From an uncultured Planctomycetia bacterium (GTDB lineage: Bacteria > Omnitrophota > Gorgyraeia > Gorgyraeales > Gorgyraeaceae): a DNA stretch of 64,000 nucleotides. Of the stretch, positions 1 through 9,147 are shown in pieces (position 1 is the stretch's first letter; every line of letters begins with the position of its first letter). The stretch covers positions 138,475-202,474 of the forward strand of contig CAYPYS010000002.1 of assembly GCA_964415355.1 (NCBI GenBank), given 5' to 3'. Below the pieces are notes generated by a model. That model was not told the DNA's origin, did no database searches, and worked only from the letters and a program-made list of their open reading frames with translations. The translations under genes were made by a program, and so were the position numbers.

Positions 1-1150
1 GAGTAAATTTTTCAGCTGCCCATGCTGTCAGGACGCTCATGCCTTCAGAGTCAGCGACAAGCAGGTGCACTCCCATTTTGCTCGCTTCTATCTCCGGCGT
101 CACGGTATAGAATGTCAGAGAAAAGTTCGTGGTTACCATGAGCGGAGAATTTTCATTGACCGCGCCGATGGCGTAAAGTTTCGGCTCGACCGTAACCGGT
201 TTCTGCGGATCAGTGTAAATATTTTGTCGCAGCGTCACGATAGGGAGTAAAACTTCTTTATCCAGGGAGTCGATTACTATTATGCTCGCGTATTTGGCAA
301 TATATGTGCATGCTTCCTGTACCATGTTGTATTTTTCTTTGCTTTTCACAAACGCTATTATCGGATAACCGAGCGACCTCTGATTTTTCTTTAAAGCTAG
401 CCTTCTGGCCTGAGTAAAGTCATTTAGCGCTTGATGGAGCTCGCCAGGACCGGGATCCAAAACTATCGCCTCTATTCCCTGTGAACTAGCTTCTTTAGAT
501 AGCTTATCTAATTCGTCTAGATTTTCAGCCTTTAGCGCCAATGGGACTTTGTAGGTTTTGGCAATTCCGCACATTTCTTTTATGTTAGCGCTGTTCGCGG
601 CATATATAAGAGGTTTTTTATCAGCGCACTTTTTCACAGCCGATTCCATCGCCTTGGTGTCATCGCTGATGAGTATCAAGGCCTTTTTTGTAAGCGAAGA
701 GGCCTTGTCCGCGGCGCTTTCAAATTTTTCAGCAGACCCACTCTTGTTTATAATCGCAACCATATCGATCGTTATATGCTGGCCGACTCTCTCAAAACCG
801 GTTTCTTCTATAGATTTTATTTTCGCGGTCAATTCAGCATCAGATAGCGTGTCTTCCGTGCTTATTGCTATAGCAGTCTGGTGATAGAAGGTTTTTTCAT
901 GCCTGAACAGGACCGTTTCCCCGCCCGCTTCTACTTTGCTGTCTCCGGAGCCGAACGCCACTGTCGCTATTGGCGGCCGCGATGCCTGATCCAGGGCCTT
1001 TTTCGCGTCTTCTGTTATATCAGGGCACTGGTCCAGTGAGGCCTTTTTCATGGCGAGCTTCATAGCGAACGCAAGACATGTGGGCGAGCCGCATTTTTTG
1101 CAATTTGTCTTAGGTAAGAGTTTGTAGATATCAAGGCCTGATAGTGCCAT
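1..1150 (-). CDS. acsC: Corrinoid iron-sulfur protein large subunit AcsC, partial (C-terminal part lies beyond the window start). Not in the ORF track because it is truncated.
   Basis: Reverse-strand translation from the ATG at 1150 gives MALSGLDIYKLLPKTNCKKCGSPTCLAFAMKLAMKKASLDQCPDI..., matching the AcsC N-terminal Cys-x2-Cys-x4-Cys-x16-Cys-Pro 4Fe-4S motif and overall Moorella AcsC similarity. An AGGAGA SD sits in the 17-nt gap after acsB. Confidence 0.8.
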   Translation of the reverse strand, partial: MALSGLDIYKLLPKTNCKKCGSPTCLAFAMKLAMKKASLDQCPDITEDAKKALDQASRPPIATVAFGSGDSKVEAGGETVLFRHEKTFYHQTAIAISTEDTLSDAELTAKIKSIEETGFERVGQHITIDMVAIINKSGSAEKFESAADKASSLTKKALILISDDTKAMESAVKKCADKKPLIYAANSANIKEMCGIAKTYKVPLALKAENLDELDKLSKEASSQGIEAIVLDPGPGELHQALNDFTQARRLALKKNQRSLGYPIIAFVKSKEKYNMVQEACTYIAKYASIIVIDSLDKEVLLPIVTLRQNIYTDPQKPVTVEPKLYAIGAVNENSPLMVTTNFSLTFYTVTPEIEASKMGVHLLVADSEGMSVLTAWAAEKFT

Positions 1151-1167
1151 TATAGTCTCCTATCTTG

Positions 1168-3345
1168 TTAAATAACCGCTTCCATTTTCAGGGCTGGGTG
1201 GCCGACTTTTTCCAGATAAGGCAGCAGCTCTTCTGTAGTCGTGGCAATGGTTTCGTCCGCGATTTTATTTACAAAATCCGGATCGCCCAGCTCTTTGCAT
1301 CTCTCTTTTAATTTGTCACCAAGAGATTCTTTTAATTCTTTTGTCATCCAGACAACTCTTTTTAGTCCGCCTTCGGCAGATATGAATTTTTTACTCGTCA
1401 AATAAAGCCTACCCACTCCCATGAAACCGGGTGTCTGCATGCCTCCGCCGATCGTGCCTGCCAGAGTTGAAAAGCCCATGCCAGCTGGCGTAGGGCCGGC
1501 GTACTCGCGGTTTACGACCATAAATCCATTGGCTTCAGGCAGTATTGCGATAATGCATTCAAAGCATCCGCAGCTTGTCTCGGGCGCGTCCATTATAGAA
1601 TAACCGCAAAATCTTTCTAATGTGCGGTTTGATTTTTGGTTTATTGCTTCGTTTACGCCTGTCCATTCTCCTTTTACAGGATCGAGGCATTGCCCTTTCT
1701 TCACAGGTTGATTTGGACCTGTTGGGTTTAGCTCATTTGACGCCTTTGCGTCCAGCCAGTTATACGCGCCGCACAAGCCTATCCTCTCGGGTTTGATTAT
1801 ACATACGTGATTTGGCGCAAAACTCTGACAGAGCGTGCATGTCCAGAATACATCCACGCTATCATCTGTCATGCCTGCTACGCGTGCGTCTCTTTCTTCG
1901 TATGATTTCCGAGCTTCTTTTATTAATTTTTTTACGTCCTCTTCTTTTGTATAAATCGTGATCTGCACTTTATCAGCTATGGCGCTGAATACATCATGAA
2001 AACGTGCGTGCAATATCACGCCAAAGTGTTTTAGTTTAAGACCTTTGTTTTTTGCATCTTTTGAAATCCTGACCCAGCACATATCTCTTTGTCCCATGTG
2101 AAATATGCCCATAGCTTCGTTCAGAAAACTATGTATCTGTCTTTCCAGGATAGGCTCGAAGTCCTTCTGCATCTTTCTCCCGGCAACCTCGACAACAACT
2201 CCTAGAGGCGCTGCATCGCCCTCTTTCATATCATCTACCCCTGGTCCTACGACTCCGATCTTTCCATCTTCTATCTTTCCCCCGTCTACCATTTTTACAA
2301 ATTCGAAGGCATCTGAATATTTTCCACCAAACTGTGCAAACATTTGTTCGCGCCTTACGCGTTCGCCTTCAAACGCAGGAGAATATGAAACTGGTATCGG
2401 TATTTCTGAGATCTTTAGTTTTATACCTCTTAATTCTATTGCTGCAGGCACTATTTTCTTATGGTTCAGTTCTTTTATGACATGTTCGTATGTACAGATG
2501 CCGGTTGGTCGTATTTCAGGAATATCGGTATCTGCGATTACAGGAAAGCCCATGTTTATCGCGCCTGCACCTGTAGCATATTTTATATCATCTAGCTCTC
2601 CTAAGACCATGCCAAACGCAAATACGCGATCTTTGCAATATTTTAAACATTTAAGCGCTTCGCCTTTTTTGTGTCCACCAAAAGTAAGCGCGCCTCGAAT
2701 AGCCCAGTTTAAAGGATATATGGCGCTAAGGGTGTCCCTGCCGTAAGGCACTATATAGGTATCCCAACCCATCTCTACTTTTTCCTCTAAGAGCTGATCT
2801 ATTATACTGTGACCTCCTGCATTGCTTCCGACAAATGTCATGATGCTACGCTTCTGAAGTTCGCGCACTATATACACTGCAGTTTTGTTATCTGGTGCTG
2901 CACCGAGAATGGCCGCGAATCCAGGCATTCTTCCATCAACAAGCTGTATGCCTAGGGTGCGCAATATAGTATCCGAGAAAAAACCATTACAGTCTTTTTG
3001 CGGCTCTTGATTATAGAGGTAACGCAAGCCCATTATTATCTCTTCACACAATAGAGTAGCCACTCCCGAATCTAGAGTGTCTCCTAAATAAGGCAACCAG
3101 ATTTTTTCACTTGGATCGTCGTGCAATAGTGTCTTTGAGAAATCCAGAACCTTTTTTGCCTCTTTTAGGTTTTTTACTTCTTCGCCTAGCAATGCATAGG
3201 CCATAGGGAAATAAAAGGCTGTCTCTGGAAACTTGACCTCGCAGCTCTCGTTTTTTTCTTTAATAGCTTTATTTAAAAATTCTTCAGCCTCTTTATATAT
3301 TGCCTTTGCGCCCCTTATGGCAGCTGATGCAATTATTTTTGACAT
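1168..3345 (-). CDS. acsB: Acetyl-CoA synthase catalytic subunit (CODH/ACS A-cluster subunit)
   Basis: 725 aa. Strong similarity to Moorella AcsB, including VDVFWTCTLCQSFAPNHVCIIKPERIGLCGAYNWLDAKAS and the CGCFECIIAILPE A-cluster region. Confidence 0.9.
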   Translation of the reverse strand: MSKIIASAAIRGAKAIYKEAEEFLNKAIKEKNESCEVKFPETAFYFPMAYALLGEEVKNLKEAKKVLDFSKTLLHDDPSEKIWLPYLGDTLDSGVATLLCEEIIMGLRYLYNQEPQKDCNGFFSDTILRTLGIQLVDGRMPGFAAILGAAPDNKTAVYIVRELQKRSIMTFVGSNAGGHSIIDQLLEEKVEMGWDTYIVPYGRDTLSAIYPLNWAIRGALTFGGHKKGEALKCLKYCKDRVFAFGMVLGELDDIKYATGAGAINMGFPVIADTDIPEIRPTGICTYEHVIKELNHKKIVPAAIELRGIKLKISEIPIPVSYSPAFEGERVRREQMFAQFGGKYSDAFEFVKMVDGGKIEDGKIGVVGPGVDDMKEGDAAPLGVVVEVAGRKMQKDFEPILERQIHSFLNEAMGIFHMGQRDMCWVRISKDAKNKGLKLKHFGVILHARFHDVFSAIADKVQITIYTKEEDVKKLIKEARKSYEERDARVAGMTDDSVDVFWTCTLCQSFAPNHVCIIKPERIGLCGAYNWLDAKASNELNPTGPNQPVKKGQCLDPVKGEWTGVNEAINQKSNRTLERFCGYSIMDAPETSCGCFECIIAILPEANGFMVVNREYAGPTPAGMGFSTLAGTIGGGMQTPGFMGVGRLYLTSKKFISAEGGLKRVVWMTKELKESLGDKLKERCKELGDPDFVNKIADETIATTTEELLPYLEKVGHPALKMEAVI

Positions 3346-3373
3346 ACATCTTCCTCCTCGTAAGCAGCTAATA

Positions 3374-3940
3374 TTATTTTTGTTTTTTTTGTCTTTGGCG
3401 TATCAACTTGTCGATTTTGTCTTCTTTAAAATTTACCAGATATTCTTTTTTCTTTTTTTTGTTTAGTTCTTTTATAGTTTTAAACTGCAATGCCTTGCTC
3501 GGGCAGGACACTACGCAAGCAGGAAATTGGCCTTTCTCGAGCCTTTCGAAGCAAAGGTCACATTTGGTTACAATTGTGTTTCTCTTGCTTGCAGCTGTGC
3601 TTTTTCGCCTTATTCGGATTGCTCCAAAAGGACAGGCTGGTATGCAGCGCTTGCACCCAACGCACAAATCATCTTTTATCAAAACAGGTCCTTCTTTGTC
3701 TGATTTTATTATGGCCTTGGTCGGACAGATTTTAACGCATGGTGTGTCGTCGCAATGTCTGCACTGCAGAGGCACTGCGAGATCGCCTATTCTTTCTACT
3801 TTGACTCTTGTCTGTGGCAAAGGTTTTTCATCAACAGCCTTTGCCAACTCTTTTGATTTTGAATGCACTATCGCACACTGGAGCTCGCAAGTCCTGCAGG
3901 CCAGGCATTTTTTCGGATCAATTATAATAATACCCTTCAT
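3374..3940 (-). CDS. CooF-like 4Fe-4S ferredoxin (iron-sulfur electron-transfer protein)
   Basis: 188 aa with four CxxCxxCxxxCP-type cluster motifs and a Lys-rich C-terminal tail. Located between cooS and acsB. Confidence 0.7.
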   Translation of the reverse strand: MKGIIIIDPKKCLACRTCELQCAIVHSKSKELAKAVDEKPLPQTRVKVERIGDLAVPLQCRHCDDTPCVKICPTKAIIKSDKEGPVLIKDDLCVGCKRCIPACPFGAIRIRRKSTAASKRNTIVTKCDLCFERLEKGQFPACVVSCPSKALQFKTIKELNKKKKKEYLVNFKEDKIDKLIRQRQKKQK

Positions 3941-3958
3941 ATTTCCTCTAACATCTCG

Positions 3959-3997
3959 TAACTTTACACTTTAACATTGTTGAAATGTAAAGTTAGG
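3959..3997. repeat. REP-like palindromic intergenic repeat copy
   Basis: taactttacactttaacattgttgaaatgtaaagttagg. Contains the cooS stop and lies about 18 nt upstream of the ferredoxin start. Confidence 0.9.
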
Positions 3998-5879
3998 CTT
4001 TAAGCTTAAGTGCTTCGCGTTTTTTGTTTATGTGCTCTATCATCAGCTCGGCACCTTTGATGGGATTTTTTTCAAATGCCCATTTGCCGCCGAACATTGG
4101 TTCTATTTCATTGCACATATAATTTTTAAGGTTTTTAGCGCCAAGGACTCGCAATGGCGAGCCAATGACTACAAAGATCCCTGATGTAATAAAATACCAG
4201 CCTATGGCAATTGCTTTTTCAGACATCCATTCCGGCGCTGCGCCTGCAACAGGAAGCTCGTCGATGCTGTTTCCGATGCCACCTTCTTTCACCATCTCGC
4301 AGCATGCTGTGAGAATTCTAGTATTGTCAACGCATGATCCTGTGTGCAGGACCGGCGGAATACCTACTGCTTCGCAAACTTCTTTAAGGCCGTCGCCCGC
4401 GTATCTGAATGCTGCCTCAGGCGTTAAGAGTCCTGCCTTTCCGCATGCACCGGCAGAGCAACCTGTTTGCACTACTAGCACGTCATTCTTTATAAGGTGT
4501 TTTACCATGTCGGCATGACACATGCTCGACTCGTTCTTAGGATTGTCACAACCTACCACGCCTGCTACTCCTCGTATCCTGCCGCTCATTATTGCGTCGT
4601 TCAGCGGCCTGTATGTCCCCCTGAACTTGCCGCCGAGATTGTAAAAGACATTCTCCATGGTGAAACCGGCGACTATCGTCATTTTTTCTTTTGGTATGTT
4701 GACCTTGGATTTGTCCCTATTTTTATAATTTTCTATCGCCTGCGTCAGGATATTCTTTGCTATCTTAAGTGCGTCTTTTTCGTGAAATTCAATATGATCT
4801 ATTCCTTTAAACCTTGCCTTTGGTGAAGTCGATATAAGCTTTGTGTGATAGTTTTTAGCGACATCCGGGAGTGAAGGCATTATGCATTGCACATCCACGA
4901 TCATTGCCTCTACGGCGCCTGTGACTATTGCGAGCTCCTGCTGCAGGAAATTTCCTGCCATAGGCATGCCGTGTCTCATCAAGATCTCGGCAGCAGTGCA
5001 GCATATACCTGCAAGATTAATGCCTTTTGCCCCACTTTTCTTTATTAAATCGAGTATTTCTTTGTCTTGACTTGCTGTGACGATCATGTCTGACAGGGTC
5101 GGCTCGTGGCCGTGCACCAGGACATTGACCTCGTTATCTTTTAAGACGCCCAGGTTTACTTCTGCGCGTATAGGTTGCGGAGAACCGAATAGTATATCAC
5201 TGAGGTCTGTCGCTATCATGGATCCGCCCCAGCCGTCCACGAGCGATGCCCTGATAGCCTGCTCAATGACATGCTTGTATTCGTTGTCGCAACCCATGTG
5301 CGTGCGCGAAAAAGCCTGCACTACCTCTATATCAATGCCTACGGGAGTTACGTTAAATTTCTTCCAGTTCTCGCGTTGTTTTTTCGGAGCCCTCTTGAGA
5401 AGCGTCAATTCACCTTCTTGCTGACCAAATTCTTTCAAAATCCTTTCACCTAACTCTTCAGCTATTTTAAGATCATTCTTGCCTTCTACTTTTAATCCAA
5501 ATTCCTGGGCTATGGCCCTTAATTTTTTAGGATCCTTTATCTGGTAATCCTTTGCCTGACCCCTGCCCAGTTCCAATAATGTCTTTGCGAGGTCGCGGCC
5601 GTGGTCAGAGTGGCACGCAGCGCCTGCTGCGGTATTGCGCGCAAGATTTCTCGCGGCTATGGTGTCTGCGTCTGCTCCACACGTGCCTACCTTTGCGCCT
5701 TCGCCAAAAGGGTCTATGCGGCACGGACCCAGGTTGCACAGCTTGCAGCATACTCCGAGCGTTCCGAATCCGCAGTGCGGCTCTTGGATTGCGAAGCGGT
5801 CCCACACCGTATCGATATTGCTCTTTTTAGCGAGATCGATCAATTTATCATTTACAGGATTACCCGTTGGTTTTGACAT
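3993..5879 (-). CDS. cooS: Ni-dependent carbon monoxide dehydrogenase catalytic subunit (CooS/AcsA)
   Basis: 628 aa. N-terminal HCGFGTLGVCCKLCNLGPCRID cluster-binding signature of the CooS/AcsA family. Confidence 0.9.
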   Translation of the reverse strand: MSKPTGNPVNDKLIDLAKKSNIDTVWDRFAIQEPHCGFGTLGVCCKLCNLGPCRIDPFGEGAKVGTCGADADTIAARNLARNTAAGAACHSDHGRDLAKTLLELGRGQAKDYQIKDPKKLRAIAQEFGLKVEGKNDLKIAEELGERILKEFGQQEGELTLLKRAPKKQRENWKKFNVTPVGIDIEVVQAFSRTHMGCDNEYKHVIEQAIRASLVDGWGGSMIATDLSDILFGSPQPIRAEVNLGVLKDNEVNVLVHGHEPTLSDMIVTASQDKEILDLIKKSGAKGINLAGICCTAAEILMRHGMPMAGNFLQQELAIVTGAVEAMIVDVQCIMPSLPDVAKNYHTKLISTSPKARFKGIDHIEFHEKDALKIAKNILTQAIENYKNRDKSKVNIPKEKMTIVAGFTMENVFYNLGGKFRGTYRPLNDAIMSGRIRGVAGVVGCDNPKNESSMCHADMVKHLIKNDVLVVQTGCSAGACGKAGLLTPEAAFRYAGDGLKEVCEAVGIPPVLHTGSCVDNTRILTACCEMVKEGGIGNSIDELPVAGAAPEWMSEKAIAIGWYFITSGIFVVIGSPLRVLGAKNLKNYMCNEIEPMFGGKWAFEKNPIKGAELMIEHINKKREALKLKA

Positions 5880-6603
5880 CTAAAGCCCCCTCCAGATCTT
5901 TTATGAATTGAGAATTTTTTGGCAACTTCCCTCTTGAATCTATAAGAGACTCATCAACTCTTATAAAACCCTCTATATTTGACCCTTTTAAATTCTTTCG
6001 TATAAAATCCCTGTCCTTATCCGACCTGACCCTGTTTCCGATAACGGAGATTTCTTTAACCTTTAGATTCTCAGCCAGCTCTTTTATTCTACCCGCTGTG
6101 TTTATAGAGGTGCTATTGGGCTCTACAATTATAATAAACTTGTCGACTGCCTGCGCTGTGCCTCTGCCCAGGTGCTCTACGCCTGCCTCCATGTCCACGA
6201 TCGCGACCTCATCTCTATTTAAGAATACATGACTCAATAGCGCTTTTAAGAACGCGCTCTCGGGGCACACGCATCCGGCCCCGCCTTTTTTGACAGTGCC
6301 CATCTCCATGAGCCTGATGCCGTCTACGAGTTTTGAAAATTTATCGGGTATGTCATCCACTTTCGGGTTCAGCTTAAAAAACGCGCCGACTTCCCCTGTG
6401 CGCTCGAGTATCATCTTTTTTAATTCAGCTATCGGCTGTGGTCTTTCTGTGATCCCGAGGGCTGTTGCCAGATTGGCGTCAGGGTCAGCGTCGATAGCGA
6501 TCACGTTGCGCCCTTGTTTTTTAAAAATAAGCGCAAGGCCAGCTGCAACTGACGTCTTACCAACCCCACCTTTACCCGTAATTGCTATTTTCATATCCAC
6601 CAA
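5860..6603 (-). CDS. cooC: CODH nickel-insertion accessory ATPase CooC (AcsF-like)
   Basis: 247 aa. MKIAITGKGGVGKTSVAAGLA Walker A with a MinD/CooC fold. Overlaps the cooS start by 20 nt. Confidence 0.85.
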   Translation of the reverse strand: MVDMKIAITGKGGVGKTSVAAGLALIFKKQGRNVIAIDADPDANLATALGITERPQPIAELKKMILERTGEVGAFFKLNPKVDDIPDKFSKLVDGIRLMEMGTVKKGGAGCVCPESAFLKALLSHVFLNRDEVAIVDMEAGVEHLGRGTAQAVDKFIIIVEPNSTSINTAGRIKELAENLKVKEISVIGNRVRSDKDRDFIRKNLKGSNIEGFIRVDESLIDSRGKLPKNSQFIKDLEGALDVKTNG

Positions 6604-6616
6604 TATTTTTTAAAGT

Positions 6617-6655
6617 TAACTTTACATTTCAACAACGTTAAAATGTAAAGTTAGG
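6617..6655. repeat. REP-like palindromic intergenic repeat copy
   Basis: taactttacatttcaacaacgttaaaatgtaaagttagg, about 13 nt upstream of the cooC start. Confidence 0.9.
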
Positions 6656-6657
6656 CC

Positions 6658-7524
6658 TTATAGACCTGCCGCGTCCAGGACCATGGGCACTTTCTTGTCC
6701 CAACCTATGGGCATTATATGGATACCCTGCGATATAGGCTTTAGTTCCTTTATTAATCTGGCTGCGATTTCAATGGACGTGGCGCTCTTGTCTTGTGTTT
6801 TATCCATTTCCTGGATCAGGCTATCAGGCACAGATACGCCAGCTACATTCTTGTTCATATATTTAGCCATGCCGGCTGATTTCAAGAGCACGATACCCGC
6901 TATTATAGTAGTTTTTAAGTGCTTAGCTGCATCAAGAAATTTTTTAAATAGCATCACGTCATATATTGCCTGCGTTTGGAAAAATTGAGCGCCTGCCTCG
7001 ATCTTTTTCTCCATCTTAACTATCTCCGGCTCTATGGGGTCAGCCCCGGGATTCACAACAGCACCTGTGCAGAACTCCGGTTTCCCTTTTAATTCCTTTC
7101 CGACCATATCCTTTCCAGATTCCAATGTCTTGATTGCCTCAAGCAGCTGTACGGAATCCAGATCAAATACTGGCTTTGCCTGCGGGTGGTCTCCCAGCGC
7201 AGGATGGTCTCCGGTCAGCGCAAGGATGTTCTTTACGCCAAATACCGCTGCTGACAATAAATCCGATTGAAGCGCTAGCCTGTTCCTGTCTCTGCATGTA
7301 ATCTGAAATACAGGCTCAATGCCGCGCTCTATCAGAAATTTACATATAGCCAAAGAGCCTACGCGCATGACAGAGCTCTGGAGATCCGTTACGTTTACGG
7401 CGTCTACCCTGTCTTTTATAAGCTCAGCATCTTTTAACATCTCTTCGATGTCGGTTCCTTTTGGCGGACCGATCTCAGAGGTCAATATAAATTTACCAGC
7501 TTTGATTTTATCGCACAAAGACAT
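6658..7524 (-). CDS. metF: 5,10-methylenetetrahydrofolate reductase, small MetF type
   Basis: 288 aa of the MetF family (…TCRDRNRLALQSDLLSAAVFGVKNILALTGDHP…). No metV-like partner is adjacent. Confidence 0.8.
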   Translation of the reverse strand: MSLCDKIKAGKFILTSEIGPPKGTDIEEMLKDAELIKDRVDAVNVTDLQSSVMRVGSLAICKFLIERGIEPVFQITCRDRNRLALQSDLLSAAVFGVKNILALTGDHPALGDHPQAKPVFDLDSVQLLEAIKTLESGKDMVGKELKGKPEFCTGAVVNPGADPIEPEIVKMEKKIEAGAQFFQTQAIYDVMLFKKFLDAAKHLKTTIIAGIVLLKSAGMAKYMNKNVAGVSVPDSLIQEMDKTQDKSATSIEIAARLIKELKPISQGIHIMPIGWDKKVPMVLDAAGL

Positions 7525-7539
7525 ATCTACCTCTTTCTC

Positions 7540-7587
7540 TAACTTTACACTTTAACGTTTTTAACGTTGTTGAAATGTAAACTTAAG
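7540..7587. repeat. REP-like repeat copy with a 9-nt internal duplication
   Basis: taactttacactttaacgttt-ttaacgttgttgaaatgtaaacttaag. Contains the folD stop. Confidence 0.85.
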
Positions 7588-8446
7588 CCATTTGAAGTTT
7601 AAAGGCTTCGACTAGATTTTTCATTAACATTGCTACTGTCAGGGGACCAACGCCACCTGGAACAGGAGTAATATAGGAAGCTTTTTCCTGTGCCTTATCG
7701 AATTCTACATCGCCGACCAATTTTCCTTCGACTCGATTTATGCCTACGTCAATTACAATAGCACCTTCTTTTATCCATTCACCTTTCACGAGTCCGGCCT
7801 TGCCGACAGCTACTATCAGAACCTCTGCTTTTTTTACGAATTCCGGAAGTGTCCCTCTTTGTCCTGTAGCTATATGACATACAGTGGTCGTGGCAAATTT
7901 ATTCAATAACAATAAAGACAATGGTTTTCCAACTATTTCGCTATGACCGACAACGCAGGCTTCTTTTCCATAGAGCTTAAGCGACTCTATTGAATTCAAT
8001 AGCTCCATACATGCAGCTGCTGTGCAAGGCAATATCTTAGCATTGCCGAATACGATTTCTCCCATATTCTGAGGATGCACTGCTTCAACATCCTTTAGGG
8101 GCGCAATATAGCGCGAAATGATCTTTGCATCTATCTGTTGCGGAAGCGGCATCTGTACGATAATACCATTTACAGCCTTGTCGGAATTGAGTTTGGTCAT
8201 TGCTTTTATAAGGTCTCCTTGGGAACTTTTTGCGTCTAATTTTTCGAGCTGATATTCTACGCCAAGATTTTCAGCATTCTTTTTTTGAGATTTCAGGTAA
8301 ACTTCTGAAGCAGGGTTTTCTCCTACCTGGATACTTACTAATCGTGGTACGGTTTTATACTTGGCTTTTAGCCCCTCAATCTCACTTTTTATGTTTTCTT
8401 TTATACTAGCAGAGAGTTTTTTACCGTCCAATAATTGCGCAGCCAT
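7583..8446 (-). CDS. folD: Bifunctional methylene-THF dehydrogenase / methenyl-THF cyclohydrolase
   Basis: 287 aa. FolD family with the MAAQLLDGKKLS… start and a Rossmann GxxGxxG. Confidence 0.9.
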   Translation of the reverse strand: MAAQLLDGKKLSASIKENIKSEIEGLKAKYKTVPRLVSIQVGENPASEVYLKSQKKNAENLGVEYQLEKLDAKSSQGDLIKAMTKLNSDKAVNGIIVQMPLPQQIDAKIISRYIAPLKDVEAVHPQNMGEIVFGNAKILPCTAAACMELLNSIESLKLYGKEACVVGHSEIVGKPLSLLLLNKFATTTVCHIATGQRGTLPEFVKKAEVLIVAVGKAGLVKGEWIKEGAIVIDVGINRVEGKLVGDVEFDKAQEKASYITPVPGGVGPLTVAMLMKNLVEAFKLQMA

Positions 8447-8447
8447 T

Positions 8448-9047
8448 TTATTTCATCCTTTCGCTTGTTTTGGTCAGGGTTTTTTTATACAAGTCCGCTA
8501 TTTCTTTTTTTAGCGCATCCAATCCCCGTGTTTCTTTTTTTATAAAATCATCGCCTGTCATTCCTTTCAGATTTATCTCACAATTAAATACGCCGGAATT
8601 AAAAGTCGCATTTAAAAGCTCGGCCCCGCAGCCAACGTCTGTGATCAGATTAAGATTCCCTTTCTCCGAAAGATCCAGAGCTATGTTTAGCCCGCTTTTT
8701 GCCGAGCCGCATATTTTTTGACAAATATCATAACCGTTTTTTAAGGCAGCTTCAATGATTTTTTTGTCCTTGGTCTTAAAGGCGTCTCGTATGGCGGAAT
8801 AAGCCTTTACGTCTTCGTCGATCAGCGCGCTAAATTCTTTCCGAATACCTGTTAGCAGGGCAAGATCTTTAGTTATGTCTTGCTCAAAGTCTTTATATCT
8901 TTCCTTTCCAATCGTAAAATTACATACCATTTCCAATAGCGCTATGCCAAGCGCTCCGGTAAAAGCAGCTGCGCTTCCGCCGCCAGGCGCTGGCTTCTTC
9001 GCCGCGAGGTCTTCGATATATTTATTTACAGATTCATTTACATACAT
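8448..9047 (-). CDS. fchA: Methenyl-THF cyclohydrolase of the cyclodeaminase-domain type (FchA-like)
   Basis: 199 aa with the FTCD C-terminal cyclodeaminase-like domain (GGGSAAAFTGALGIALLEMV). Lies between fhs and folD. Confidence 0.7.
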   Translation of the reverse strand: MYVNESVNKYIEDLAAKKPAPGGGSAAAFTGALGIALLEMVCNFTIGKERYKDFEQDITKDLALLTGIRKEFSALIDEDVKAYSAIRDAFKTKDKKIIEAALKNGYDICQKICGSAKSGLNIALDLSEKGNLNLITDVGCGAELLNATFNSGVFNCEINLKGMTGDDFIKKETRGLDALKKEIADLYKKTLTKTSERMK

Positions 9048-9068
9048 CTGATTTGCTCCTTATCTCGC

Positions 9069-9106
9069 TTAAGTTTACAATCAACATTGTTGAAGTGTAT
9101 ACTTAG
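9069..9106. repeat. REP-like repeat copy, mixed-arm subtype
   Basis: ttaagtttacaatcaacattgttgaagtgtatacttag. First of two tandem copies between fhs and fchA. Confidence 0.85.
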
Positions 9107-9109
9107 CGC

Positions 9110-9147
9110 TTAAGTTTACTTTTAACATTGTTAAAAGTAAACTTAAA
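9110..9147. repeat. REP-like repeat copy, GTTTACT-arm subtype (perfect palindrome)
   Basis: cttaagtttacttttaacattgttaaaagtaaacttaa. Contains the fhs stop. Confidence 0.9.

Noticed and set aside
5605-5805. Arg-rich minus-strand ORFs embedded in genes (5605-5805, 13396-13656, 15154-15342, 21936-22217, 25449-25706).
   Set aside because: They are alternative frames within cooS, murA, prmC, the TPR gene and the membrane GT gene. Their composition (R/H/Q-rich) is frame-shift noise, and no SD or independent support exists.
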